43,507 nucleotides of DNA. Origin: a virus (taxonomy: Duplodnaviria > Caudoviricetes). The stretch is from IMG/VR virus record IMGVR_UViG_3300037483_000513, positions 1-43,507 of that record. One strand, given 5' to 3'. The notes beneath the pieces were generated by a model. That model was given only the letters and a program-made list of their open reading frames with translations, ran no database searches and was not told the DNA's origin. Shown here piece by piece: positions 34,390 to 43,507 of this stretch (its first letter is position 1; each line of letters begins with the position of its first letter). Made by a program: the position numbers and the translations under genes.

Positions 34390-36723
34390 CTACACCGGAT
34401 CCCCGAGCCGGATCCGGGCAACCGTGGCCGCGAGCCGGGCTTCGCCCCGCTCGCCCCGGTCCCCGGACAAGGCCACCAGCAGCACCCCGACCGCCGATAG
34501 CGCAGCGGTGCCCGGGATCGCTGGTGTGCGGGCCAGGGTGAGCGTCCCTGTACCTCCCAGGGCGGCCACAGCGCCCGGGTTCGGTACCCCCGTCACGCTC
34601 AGACCACCACTACCGGCCGCTGCAGCCACACCCGGGACACGCGGTGCCATGAGCATGGACAGGGCCCCGATGCCGGCGAGCGCACCAGTCCCGACCGGAT
34701 GAGGGATGACCGTCCTCGATAGCGACCCAGCCCCGGCTAGGACAGCCGACCCTGAGAGCCCAATGACACCCGCGGCCGCGAGCTGACCAGTCCCGGACGA
34801 CCCGCTTACCGCACCGGACAACGCAGGCGTGCCAGCAGCGGCCAGGACACCAGCACCGGCCAGGATCGGGACGACGCCTGGGGTCGGAACACCTTCGGCG
34901 GTCGCCGTCCCAGCCCCGGCCAGAGTCGCCGACCCGGGAATCTGCGGGATCACCCCAACGGCCAAGACCCCCGCACCAGTCTGCGCTGCCTCCCCCGGAA
35001 GGGCTGGGGTCCGGGCCACCGACAGGACCCCAGCACCAGCCACAGCGACCGCGACGACCGGTTCGGGGACACCGGTCGCGGTCAGCGTCCCGGACCCGGT
35101 CCGCGCCGCCGTATCAAAAGCGACCTGACCACCAACCGCAGCCAGCACCCCTGCACCAGACAGAACCGCGGCAGCCTCGGTCGCCGGGGCGGTGGCCGCG
35201 CTCAACGTCCCCGCGCCGGCGAGGACAGCCGCCGCCCCGCCCACCGCGGGGGCACCTGTGACGCTCAGGGTTCCGGCGCCGGCCAGGGTCGCGGTACCGG
35301 GGATCGCTGGTGTGCGGGCCAGGGTGAGCGTCCCTGTACCTCCCAGGGCGGGCCCACCGGTCGGTTCTGGCACCCCGGAGGCGCTTAGGGCACCGGAGGC
35401 GGTGAACGACGGGGCGCCCGTCGGAGTCGGGACACCCGACGCGGTCAGGGTTCCCGCACCGGTCAGGGCCGCGGTCCCGGCGGCCGACTCGTCAAAAGTG
35501 TCGTTGAGGGTGAAGTCGTCGATCTCGAACGTGACAGATCCGACGTTGCCGGGACCGCACCGCAACCCGACGCGACCTGCCGATGTGTACGTGGTGTCGG
35601 TGGTTTCGTACAGCCACGCGGCCGGCTCATCAACCCCATCGAGCCACAGCTTGAATTTCACTTCGTCATCGACGACACCGAAACGGACCCGATACCAGGT
35701 GTTCACGGAGAAACTGAAACTCCCCGTCCCACCTGTCAGATCCGAACGGGAGTACGCCGTGCTCGTCCCGACATGCCAATTCCCGCCCTGCCGGTTCATC
35801 TCGCAGTAGTACCCGGCCGCTCCATCGATCGCATCGATGGAGTGGCGCATCCAGATCTGCGGATACACCTCCCCGGCCGGCCACCGGAACCGCATCGACC
35901 ACACCGCGTCCGTCGGGTTGGTGATGTTGACCTTCTTACAGGTCTGCCCGGAGTACCCACCGGCTGATCCGAGGGTGAACCGGCCCGCGTTGCCCTGGAT
36001 AGCCGTCGCCGACCCGGTGCTGAGAGATCCGTTCGCCCATGTCGAGGACAACGCATCACCGTCCGTGCCGGTGAAATCGTCCTCGGCCAGTGACGCCGGG
36101 ATATTCAGCAGGATCAGCGCCGCGTACCCGTTAGTTGAGGTGTCCGAGTACGTGATCGTCGCTGTCCTGGCCGCAGCAGCAGACGCCGTGAACGTCCCCA
36201 CGAACGCCGACGAAACCGTGTTCGCCTGCTCGTTGAAATAATGCTCCGTGATCGTCTCGCTGCCCGAGGACGTCACACTGGACACCGTCGTCGGCGTCGC
36301 CGTGGTCCTCTCGGTGGCCACCATCAGCACCTGCTGACCCACCGCAGGTGTCACCGACCCTGACGTGGTCGACGTCGAGGTGGCCACCCGCACATCCGCA
36401 CCGACAGATCCCGGGAACAGGGACCACTCATCGGTGTAGACGTGCCACACGTTGCAGGACTTCGACACCGTTGAGCTCAGGGTGATCGTGTCAGCCGCGA
36501 CCAGGCCGGTGGCCCGCCACACGGTGACCCGGTGATTCGTCGCAGCCCGGTCGTCGACCAGGACGAACGTTGCGCCGCCCTTCGCCGGGACGGGATCCCA
36601 ATCGGCGCCGTCCGCGGTGGCGAAGATGATCAACGCGGTCATGGTGGCCGTGACCGCGGCCGGTACCGTCAGGCTGATACCAGGCGGTGTCCCGACCCCG
36701 GGAGTTCCCGCGATGACCGTCAT
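34390..36723 (-). CDS. Large virion fibre protein (beta-sandwich/lectin domains plus about 22-aa GxGxL repeats)
   Basis: Thr/Ser-rich domains; WYRVRFGV...KLWLDGVDEPAAW; repeated LxGxGxLxxxGxP units. Confidence 0.75.
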   Translation of the reverse strand: MTVIAGTPGVGTPPGISLTVPAAVTATMTALIIFATADGADWDPVPAKGGATFVLVDDRAATNHRVTVWRATGLVAADTITLSSTVSKSCNVWHVYTDEWSLFPGSVGADVRVATSTSTTSGSVTPAVGQQVLMVATERTTATPTTVSSVTSSGSETITEHYFNEQANTVSSAFVGTFTASAAAARTATITYSDTSTNGYAALILLNIPASLAEDDFTGTDGDALSSTWANGSLSTGSATAIQGNAGRFTLGSAGGYSGQTCKKVNITNPTDAVWSMRFRWPAGEVYPQIWMRHSIDAIDGAAGYYCEMNRQGGNWHVGTSTAYSRSDLTGGTGSFSFSVNTWYRVRFGVVDDEVKFKLWLDGVDEPAAWLYETTDTTYTSAGRVGLRCGPGNVGSVTFEIDDFTLNDTFDESAAGTAALTGAGTLTASGVPTPTGAPSFTASGALSASGVPEPTGGPALGGTGTLTLARTPAIPGTATLAGAGTLSVTGAPAVGGAAAVLAGAGTLSAATAPATEAAAVLSGAGVLAAVGGQVAFDTAARTGSGTLTATGVPEPVVAVAVAGAGVLSVARTPALPGEAAQTGAGVLAVGVIPQIPGSATLAGAGTATAEGVPTPGVVPILAGAGVLAAAGTPALSGAVSGSSGTGQLAAAGVIGLSGSAVLAGAGSLSRTVIPHPVGTGALAGIGALSMLMAPRVPGVAAAAGSGGLSVTGVPNPGAVAALGGTGTLTLARTPAIPGTAALSAVGVLLVALSGDRGERGEARLAATVARIRLGDPV
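34514..35351. repeat. Identical 52-bp direct repeat (34514-34565 and 35300-35351)
   Basis: GGGATCGCTGGTGTGCGGGCCAGGGTGAGCGTCCCTGTACCTCCCAGGGCGG occurs twice, 786 bp apart, in frame. Confidence 0.9.
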
Positions 36724-36808
36724 TTCATGGCCTCCACACGCACCGCATCGCACGCACCACCAGTGGTGGTGAGCGTGTCCGATGCGAGCGAGAAGACCAC
36801 GGGCTACC

Positions 36809-37153
36809 TCAGGAAATCGTGATGGTGAACGTGACCGAGTAGGTGCCCTGCGTCGCGAACGCCTGCGATGTCACGGCCACACCGTCCAGATAGGTGCCTG
36901 CCGTGACCGCGGTGTGGACACCAGCACCGACCACAGTCGTGCCAGCGGGCACATCGAACACCACCGTCACAGAGCTAGCGGACGCCGAAGCCGTCGACCA
37001 CGTCAGGGCTTTCCGCGCGTACGCGGGCGACCCTCCCGTGACCTCCGTACCCGCCGACGCGCCCGGAGCAGTCGTGTAGAGCGCCCCGTACAGGGCTTCG
37101 TCGCCGTACCGGTCCGCGAGATGCGTCCGCATCGTCGCTGTCTGAATAGCCAT
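36809..37153 (-). CDS. Small virion structural (fibre-base) protein
   Basis: LYTTAPG..GTEVTGGSPAYARKALTW...FDVPAGTTV. Confidence 0.75.
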   Translation of the reverse strand: MAIQTATMRTHLADRYGDEALYGALYTTAPGASAGTEVTGGSPAYARKALTWSTASASASSVTVVFDVPAGTTVVGAGVHTAVTAGTYLDGVAVTSQAFATQGTYSVTFTITIS

Positions 37154-37175
37154 CTACATGCCTTTCTTTTAGTTG

Positions 37176-37649
37176 TCAGACCGCGACTAGACGCGCGTCT
37201 GGATCGATAACGGCATAGCTTGCAACCCAATTCACCCGGGCCGTGGTACCGATCGCACCACCGCCGGTGACGCTCAATTTCAGATCGCCTGGATCCAGAG
37301 CGATCGGGACGGCCAAATTGAATCCATACGCGCGACCGGTAGCCGCCACCAGGGCCGAACCGGCGGCGGTGTTGAACCGTAGATACGTTCCAACACCAAG
37401 GTTCTGGACAGACGTTGCCGACGCAAGAACGACGTCGGCACCGCCGTCGTCGGGGTCCAGCGAGATAGCGAACGACAGCACCTCGTTGGGAATCGCGACC
37501 GTGACGCGGCCCAGAAACCCAGTGAGCACCACGGTTCCACCGTCGATGGTGAACAGGTCAACCGATGCTCCGGTGGCGGGCGGGAGAGCGGCGTCGCGGA
37601 GCACCGTTTTACCGAAGATCAGGTCACGTAAACGGGTCGCCTGCGACAT
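37176..37649 (-). CDS. Putative head decoration protein, paralogue 2
   Basis: 157 aa; colinear paralogue of the upstream gene. Confidence 0.65.
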   Translation of the reverse strand: MSQATRLRDLIFGKTVLRDAALPPATGASVDLFTIDGGTVVLTGFLGRVTVAIPNEVLSFAISLDPDDGGADVVLASATSVQNLGVGTYLRFNTAAGSALVAATGRAYGFNLAVPIALDPGDLKLSVTGGGAIGTTARVNWVASYAVIDPDARLVAV

Positions 37650-37664
37650 CGCCCAGCCCCCTTC

Positions 37665-38138
37665 TCAGACCGCGGCGACGGTCGCGGCGCTACCGAGGGG
37701 CACCCACGTCAGGCCCCACTTAACACGTGCTGTGGTACCGATCGCCCCGCCACCGGCAACGTTCAGCTTGATGTCGCCGACGTCGAGGGCGATCGGGGTG
37801 GCCAACTTGATGCCGTAGGAAACATCGGTTGAGGTCACCAGAGCACCACCGGCGGCGGTATTCAGGGTGAACCAGTTGCCGACCCCGATGTTGTCGACGA
37901 TCAGCAGCGATGCGAGCGCCACATCACTGCCCCCATCATCCGGATCAAAAGCGAGATCGAAATCCAGTGACACGTTCGGGATCGCGACGGTCACATACCC
38001 GTAAAACCCGGTGAGGAGGATCGCCCCACCATCGATGCTGAACAGATCGGCCGAAACCCCGGTGGCCGGGGGGAGAGCAGCGGCACGCTCGACCAGTTTC
38101 CCGACCGCCGTGTCCCTGATCCGCGTGGTACGCGACAT
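37665..38138 (-). CDS. Putative head decoration protein, paralogue 1
   Basis: 157 aa directly after the capsid gene; AAAGGAAGG RBS. Confidence 0.65.
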   Translation of the reverse strand: MSRTTRIRDTAVGKLVERAAALPPATGVSADLFSIDGGAILLTGFYGYVTVAIPNVSLDFDLAFDPDDGGSDVALASLLIVDNIGVGNWFTLNTAAGGALVTSTDVSYGIKLATPIALDVGDIKLNVAGGGAIGTTARVKWGLTWVPLGSAATVAAV

Positions 38139-38182
38139 CAGCTATGCCTTCCTTTCGTAGAAATGGTGCCCAGGGGAACGGA

Positions 38183-41143
38183 TTAGACGGCGGAGTAGGT
38201 GATTTCCCGAACACCGGCGAGGCGGGTGTTCGCGACCGCCTTGTACCCCCACACGGCCAGATCGATGTATTCGACCCGGTATTCGAAGTCCAGGCGCCGC
38301 GGTGGGGTCGCCCACCCGTGGACATCGCCCCGGTTGAACAGGTACGACGACCCGTCACCGCCGTTGCCGGCTTCCAGCGCCCACGAGGGCTTGGCCGGGA
38401 GCATCCCTACCATGACCTGCCCGAAGAAACCATCCGTGGACCCGGACGCGTTGGAGGGGGCGATGATCGGGTACAGCTTCCGGCCGACGTCATCGGTCGC
38501 GCCGGCCAGCGCGGTGAACAGGTTGCTGGCGACGTACAGGTCACGGAACCGGTTCCCGCCCCGGATGTACGCCAGCGCCGCGAGGTTCGCGGTGACGTCC
38601 GCGTCGAGGTCGGCATCGACCCCGTTCAATGCGATCGCGGTCGGGGTCAGAGCGTCGAGCATCGCGACAGCGGCGACCTCGAGCGCCTCGTAGTAGGCGC
38701 GGACGATCTCACGCCACAGGATCGTGGAGAACTGCGGGTTTCCGCCCTGGTCCCACACCTCGCGGGTGATCTCGACCCGCCCCGAGGTCGCGGTCGGGGT
38801 GATGGTCTGCCCGGTCGTGGTGAACACACCCGGGGTCGGGGCGGTGGCCTCGACATGGTCGGCGACCAGGCCGGACGCGCTGTTGAACTTCGGCAGCGTG
38901 AACGGTGTGCTGTCGGAGATCGTGCCCTTCTGGATCGCCAACCAGATCGGATACACAAATTCGAGGTTGTCGACGTACAGATCTGGGCGCTGGATGGTCG
39001 GGTTCAGCTCGTTGACGTCGGCCTGGTCGATATCGAACGCGACGCCCATGAACTTCTCGAGACGCTGCGTCGCCGCACCGTCCTTGTTCCGCATCGCGTT
39101 GATGATGTCCGTGCTGAAATCGTGCTCGCCCTTGGCGCCGTCGAATCGATACGGCAGGGGCTCTTTCACCTCGACGTGTGCGCCGCCGGGCGCGGCCGGG
39201 ATGACCTTCGGGCCCGCCCGAAGCGGCGGCTCGGCCTCCAGGTTGAGCGCCGGGGCCGGGGCCGGGGCCGGAGCGGGAGCAGGCGGGGCCGGCTGCGCTG
39301 CCACCATCGCGGCGGCGATCGCGGCGATGGTGTCCGCCGACAGGTTCAGAGGGGCGGCGGGCGGTGCCGCACACGGCGGTGCGCCCTCGGCGTGGGTGTG
39401 ACCGCAGATAGTGCACGGCATGGTGAGTTTCCCTTCATCTGCTGCTGCTGCAACGGAACTGACCCGCGCGTCGTCGAATGACGGGAACGGGAGAATCGAG
39501 ATCTCGGCCAACGGCGCCGAGACTGCGTGGTGCACACCGGCTCGAGCGGCGAACGTCGCCTCATTGGTGAGCCCGATGGACAACCCATCGAGTACGCCGT
39601 CGTCCGCGAGCTCCAGCACCTTGTCACCGTCGGCACCGCGAGCGACCTTGAAGCGCGCCCAGAGGCCTTCGGGGGTGTCTTGCAGTTCGATGGCCTGCCC
39701 AACGGCCTGCTTGCGGTCGTGGTCGCGTAGAAGCTTGACCCGACCGACCTGACCGAACTTCAGTGACCCTTTCGAGAACTGGTACTTCCGACCGCCTTTC
39801 GACGTGGTCACCCCGTAGGGGACGGCCAAGCCGAAGATCTCCCGCTTCGCGGTGTCGACCTCGAACGCCAGGCGGCCCTCGTCGGTGTCGAACCCGAAGA
39901 ATGCGTCGTCAGCGTCGAACGTGGGACCACCGATCGCGCGTGCAGCCAAGGTGCCCTCCTGAGTGGGTGAAGGCACCGCTTTCAACGATGCCGGGGGTGG
40001 TGCGGGAGCCTCATTCGGGGGCAATTCCTCACGCTTCTGCACCGTGTCGAGGCTGTAGAGGCCGAGCGCGACCCCCGCCGTGTACGTTTCGACCCGGGTT
40101 TTCTCGTCCGCACGGACCAATCCGCCGAGATCGAAGCGGGCCATGAACCCCTCAGCGGACACATCACCCATGCTCAACCTGTCCTGGATCGCCGAAATAT
40201 AAGGTGCGAGCGTGTAATTGACGAGTTCCTGCTGCTTCTGCACCGCGTTCAAGTACGTGCGGGACGTGGTGGACACCTCAAGGTCTTCCGCGCTGATCCC
40301 GACCAAGCGGGCGATGTCACGGACCGCGCCCTCACGTGACTCCACCAACTGCAGGCTCGCGGGATCCCACTGCAGCGGGTTGAACGTCACCGACCCGGAC
40401 ACGTACGCGGTCGCCCGAGCGCGGCGCTTGGCCTCCCACCCGTCCAGGAACTCCTCGATCTCCTCGCCCTGCAGGATGTCGTCGGAGTCGGCGCCCTCCA
40501 TCGGGGTGAACACACCCGACGGCATCGGGCTCTCGGCATACCGGGCGGCGGCGGCGTCCAGGCGCAGCAGCGTGCGGATTGCCCGGGCGCCGGCCACCAG
40601 CAGCGGGTCGCACGGTGACCAGAACCGGATCAGGTCCTCGTCCTTCACGTACTCCCACGCGGTGCCCTGGGCGCTGCCGTCACGGCGGACGTACACCTTC
40701 TGCTCGTCCCGCACATCCACGCTGCGGGCGTCGAGGCGGCGGACCTTTACCGGCCACCCATCGCCGTCCCGCTCGACCACCCGCCAGAACGCGCGGGCCT
40801 CGAACAGCAGATCGTCCAGGGTCATCGTCATCGTGACCGACCGAGGTACCGCTTCCTCGGGCTGGGCAAGCAACGCGTTCGGTGACGCCTCGAACGACGG
40901 GCTCAGGTAGTTCATCGGCAACGACCCGATCGAGCCGGCCACGATGTCGCGGGCCCGTTTCACCGCGGCGACCTGGATCGCCTCGCTGCGGTTCAGCCGG
41001 GCGACCGGGCCGATCGTCGACTCGTACGCAGGTAGCCCGAAGATCTCCGGGGGCACGCTCGAGGAATCGATCACGAACTGCGGACCGGCATCGGTGGTGA
41101 CCGCGACGTCGCGGGTGAACCGCAGCCGATCCCAGAAACCCAT
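38183..41143 (-). CDS. Portal-prohead protease-major capsid fusion polyprotein
   Basis: Residues 1-398 HK97 portal; 399-574 S78 protease (GLAVPYG, LLRDHD, GLSIG, EISILPFPSF); 575-986 HK97-fold capsid; no stop codons between modules. Confidence 0.88.
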   Translation of the reverse strand: MGFWDRLRFTRDVAVTTDAGPQFVIDSSSVPPEIFGLPAYESTIGPVARLNRSEAIQVAAVKRARDIVAGSIGSLPMNYLSPSFEASPNALLAQPEEAVPRSVTMTMTLDDLLFEARAFWRVVERDGDGWPVKVRRLDARSVDVRDEQKVYVRRDGSAQGTAWEYVKDEDLIRFWSPCDPLLVAGARAIRTLLRLDAAAARYAESPMPSGVFTPMEGADSDDILQGEEIEEFLDGWEAKRRARATAYVSGSVTFNPLQWDPASLQLVESREGAVRDIARLVGISAEDLEVSTTSRTYLNAVQKQQELVNYTLAPYISAIQDRLSMGDVSAEGFMARFDLGGLVRADEKTRVETYTAGVALGLYSLDTVQKREELPPNEAPAPPPASLKAVPSPTQEGTLAARAIGGPTFDADDAFFGFDTDEGRLAFEVDTAKREIFGLAVPYGVTTSKGGRKYQFSKGSLKFGQVGRVKLLRDHDRKQAVGQAIELQDTPEGLWARFKVARGADGDKVLELADDGVLDGLSIGLTNEATFAARAGVHHAVSAPLAEISILPFPSFDDARVSSVAAAADEGKLTMPCTICGHTHAEGAPPCAAPPAAPLNLSADTIAAIAAAMVAAQPAPPAPAPAPAPAPALNLEAEPPLRAGPKVIPAAPGGAHVEVKEPLPYRFDGAKGEHDFSTDIINAMRNKDGAATQRLEKFMGVAFDIDQADVNELNPTIQRPDLYVDNLEFVYPIWLAIQKGTISDSTPFTLPKFNSASGLVADHVEATAPTPGVFTTTGQTITPTATSGRVEITREVWDQGGNPQFSTILWREIVRAYYEALEVAAVAMLDALTPTAIALNGVDADLDADVTANLAALAYIRGGNRFRDLYVASNLFTALAGATDDVGRKLYPIIAPSNASGSTDGFFGQVMVGMLPAKPSWALEAGNGGDGSSYLFNRGDVHGWATPPRRLDFEYRVEYIDLAVWGYKAVANTRLAGVREITYSAV

Positions 41144-41183
41144 ACCCGCATGCTACGGCCCAGTTTGTAGGAAACCTACAAAG

Positions 41184-42800
41184 TCAAGCCGTCCTTGCCA
41201 CATGGACCTGCGGTTTCCCTAGACCTCTTGGCAGAGTCCTACAAAGATGCACCGCACCAGCGAGCGCATAGGCGGCGTCCACGGACGGCCCCCCCAGCCG
41301 GGTGAACCTCCACTTATCGCCCTGCGGCAGCTTCCCGGCCCCGGCCAACTGCGCGGTCAGCAATGGGTCACCGTTATGGACAATGCGGCGGCTGATGATC
41401 TGCTGCGCCAGGCCGAGGCACACCGCCGGAGCATCCTCACCGGTCAATGCGGTGGCTTTCTTGTCGTTCTTCAGGTCGGCCGCGAGCGCTGCCGCCGGGC
41501 CGCCGGGGAACCAGCCGAACGCCCGAGGTTTGATGCTCGCCCGCCATACCGGGATCGCCGCCCTGGCCTCCTGGACGGCGTTCGGGCCTGACCAGGAGTC
41601 GACGACCGCGGCCTGGACGCGCCCATCCGACAGCACGGCGGCACCGACCAGCGTGACGTGATTCCCGCCCGGGTCGACGTCCACACACAACGCGACCTTG
41701 CCCCGAAGCGACTCCATCGTCGCTGCCTCATCAAGGCCTCCCGCCCACGCATCCATGTCGATCGCGACGTCGAGCACGTCAACGCGCTGGCATAAGACCT
41801 CGGTCCGATACACCGCGGGCTCGTCGGTCCGCCGGTCGGAGGCGATCGTGGCCTCGCTGATCGTGTACCCCAGCGCCGGGTTCGCCTGAGCGATCTCGTC
41901 GATGTCGTCGAGCGCACACTTGTCCTCCGCGCTCCACTCGAACAGCCCCAGGGAATCATCACCGAGCGCGAGCTGCTCCGCGGCCTCATCCGGGTCGGTG
42001 TCCGCCTCGACCTGGACCTCGAGGCCGAGGCCGGTCATCGCAGCGGCCCGCAGGTGATTGAGAACGACGCTGGTGCGGTCACCCTGGTTGGTAATCGCCC
42101 ATTTCTGGCCGTCCGGGCGGGCATTCGTGGTCTTCGACGAGGCCGACCAGGCGTCCCATGTGGCATGTTCGCGCAGTTCATCGAGGATCAGCAGGTCAAC
42201 CGACAGCGACCGGCCACCCTTCCGGTTGGCCGCAGCGGTCTTGTATCGCGCCTTGTTCAGCGCGGTGAGCGTCGTCGAGCTGTTCTCCCGACGGACCGCA
42301 GCGCCCCGGCCCTCGAATTTGAACTCACCCGCGAGCGCTTCGGTGTCCTCTGCGAGGCTGACGCACTTCTCCCATGCCTCTTTCGCCAGGTCGACCGTCG
42401 TCGAGGTGCCGAGCACGAGCTTCGCGTCGTCGCAGAGCATCCGCCACAACGCCAGCACCGACAATGCTGTGGTCTTCCCGTTCTGGCGCGCCACCAAGAC
42501 CAACACGGTCCGGAACCGGTAGATGCCGAAGCAGTCGAGCTCCAGGGCGTGGATGAAAAGCCATCGCTGCCACGGCAATAGCGGCACACCGCATACGTCG
42601 TGGGCGAACTCGACGACCTCGAAGCCCTTGCTGGTCTCCGGTGTCAGGGCGCACCCGCACCCACACGGGCCGGGCTCCCCAGTGACCGCCGGGGGCGTGA
42701 AAATCCGGGGCGTCGTCGATCCCAGGCGGCTGCTACGCGCCCTGGGCAGCGCGGCGAGCGCGGATCCTGGCGAGGGCTGCAGCACCCGAACCACCTCCAT
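41184..42800 (-). CDS. terL: Terminase large subunit (start uncertain)
   Basis: LLPWQ, VARQNGKT Walker A, LILDELREH Walker B, ANPALG, VDAAYA nuclease motif. Confidence 0.92.
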   Translation of the reverse strand: MEVVRVLQPSPGSALAALPRARSSRLGSTTPRIFTPPAVTGEPGPCGCGCALTPETSKGFEVVEFAHDVCGVPLLPWQRWLFIHALELDCFGIYRFRTVLVLVARQNGKTTALSVLALWRMLCDDAKLVLGTSTTVDLAKEAWEKCVSLAEDTEALAGEFKFEGRGAAVRRENSSTTLTALNKARYKTAAANRKGGRSLSVDLLILDELREHATWDAWSASSKTTNARPDGQKWAITNQGDRTSVVLNHLRAAAMTGLGLEVQVEADTDPDEAAEQLALGDDSLGLFEWSAEDKCALDDIDEIAQANPALGYTISEATIASDRRTDEPAVYRTEVLCQRVDVLDVAIDMDAWAGGLDEAATMESLRGKVALCVDVDPGGNHVTLVGAAVLSDGRVQAAVVDSWSGPNAVQEARAAIPVWRASIKPRAFGWFPGGPAAALAADLKNDKKATALTGEDAPAVCLGLAQQIISRRIVHNGDPLLTAQLAGAGKLPQGDKWRFTRLGGPSVDAAYALAGAVHLCRTLPRGLGKPQVHVARTA

Positions 42801-43278
42801 CCCCAGCCACCGCCCCGACGGCGGCCCCATCCGCACCAGTCTGCGCCGCAGCCGGTCGGCGACCACCCGGCGTCAACCCCAACTGCGCCATGACCGCCAG
42901 CAACTTCGGCGCGTCCTGCATCCGCCCCTCATCCACGCTCTTCGCCAGGATCCGCGCCAGATTCACCGCCGCCCCATCCCGCGGATCGATCTCAACAGAG
43001 GCCGACAGCGCCAGATTCAGGGCCTTAACCATCGTCGTTGGATCAGGATCACCCGAGGCGGCGGCCGAGCGCCCAGCCGGGCGCCGTGAGCGCGGCACGA
43101 CCGGCACGACCGCGGGCACCGGAACGACCGCGGGCGCACGGGCAAGGTCAGTCGGGACAGGAGCGGGAGCTGGTGATTCGGCGGGAACCGGAGCGGCCAG
43201 AAAATCCGAGGCGCCCCCAAAATCCTTGGGCCCAGACCACCCCTCGACCCAGCCGAACTCCTCACCGGCAACCATCAA
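42733..43278 (-). CDS. terS: Terminase small subunit
   Basis: Upstream of terL; DGAAVNLARILAKSVD...LLAVMAQLGLTP. Confidence 0.75.
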   Translation of the reverse strand: MMVAGEEFGWVEGWSGPKDFGGASDFLAAPVPAESPAPAPVPTDLARAPAVVPVPAVVPVVPRSRRPAGRSAAASGDPDPTTMVKALNLALSASVEIDPRDGAAVNLARILAKSVDEGRMQDAPKLLAVMAQLGLTPGGRRPAAAQTGADGAAVGAVAGDGGGSGAAALARIRARRAAQGA

Positions 43279-43284
43279 ACCAAT

Positions 43285-43456
43285 GTCACTCTCAGTGAAC
43301 TAAGGAGAGTGAGCGGGAGGGTGGCGCGGCCACCGCCGGGGGCCTGAATCCCACCGATATCACTCACAGCTACCGGATCGATGTCACCGAACGTGACCAG
43401 GCTCGGGGGCCCGGGGGGCCGACCAAGATCACCAGATGGGCCGACCAAGATCACCA
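43285..43456. repeat. Right-end motif array and 19-bp direct repeat
   Basis: GTCAC-TCTCA-GTGAA (43285), ATCAC-TCACA-GCTAC (43359), GTCAC-CGAAC-GTGAC (43383); GGGCCGACCAAGATCACCA at 43416 and 43438. Confidence 0.75.
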
Positions 43457-43507
43457 TACAGGCCCCTGACCTGCAACGATGACACTCAGTGAGAGAGAGG
43501 AAGACAG

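Larger units (their letters stand above)
1..43507. mobile_element. Temperate actinobacteriophage genome (siphovirus, HK97-type head), probably complete and in non-integrated form
   Basis: Complete module set (terminase, head, tail, lysis, integration/immunity, recombination, replication). HNH at the left end and terS at the right end become adjacent on circularisation. attP is intact and no host housekeeping genes are present. Confidence 0.93.

Noticed and set aside
34514-35351. Diversity-generating retroelement TR/VR pair
   Set aside because: Copies are identical with no adenine-specific differences, and no reverse transcriptase is present
38144-39481. Long plus-strand ORFs antisense to structural genes (also 29179-30261, 11420-12562 and others)
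   Set aside because: Typical high-GC antisense shadows with no motifs or RBS
38183-41143. Stop-codon reassignment as the cause of the fusions
   Set aside because: The ORF is open in the standard code, and TAA, TAG and TGA all terminate other genes normally

Overview
The window looks like an essentially complete genome (about 43.5 kb, high GC) of a temperate actinobacterial siphophage in its non-integrated form, with most genes on the minus strand. Read from the right end, the order is: terminase small and large subunits; a single 986-aa ORF fusing portal, prohead protease and HK97-type major capsid, with two in-frame internal RBS/start sites; two paralogous decoration-like proteins; fibre/lectin proteins; head-tail and tail genes with a GGGAAAA frameshift; tape measure; a tail-tip protein with a GH26 hydrolase domain; an amidase/holin lysis cassette followed by an Acb2/Tad1-like sponge gene; an XRE(DUF5753)-DUF397 pair; an integration-dependent immunity cassette (attP, a tRNA-Asn-like 3' end, lies inside the repressor gene); and an early operon. 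The early operon carries a GIY-YIG nuclease, a hyaluronan-synthase/NodC-like processive GT2, WhiB, RecE/RecT-like proteins, RusA, HNH and a replication initiator. The most unusual features are the portal-protease-capsid polyprotein, the phage-encoded polysaccharide synthase together with a tail GH26, a structured intergenic element of about 200 nt, an apparent ATC-initiated HNH gene, and arrays of TNAC-N5-GTNA (BldD-box-like) motifs at the genome ends. All family calls come from motif recognition by eye; no database searches were run.
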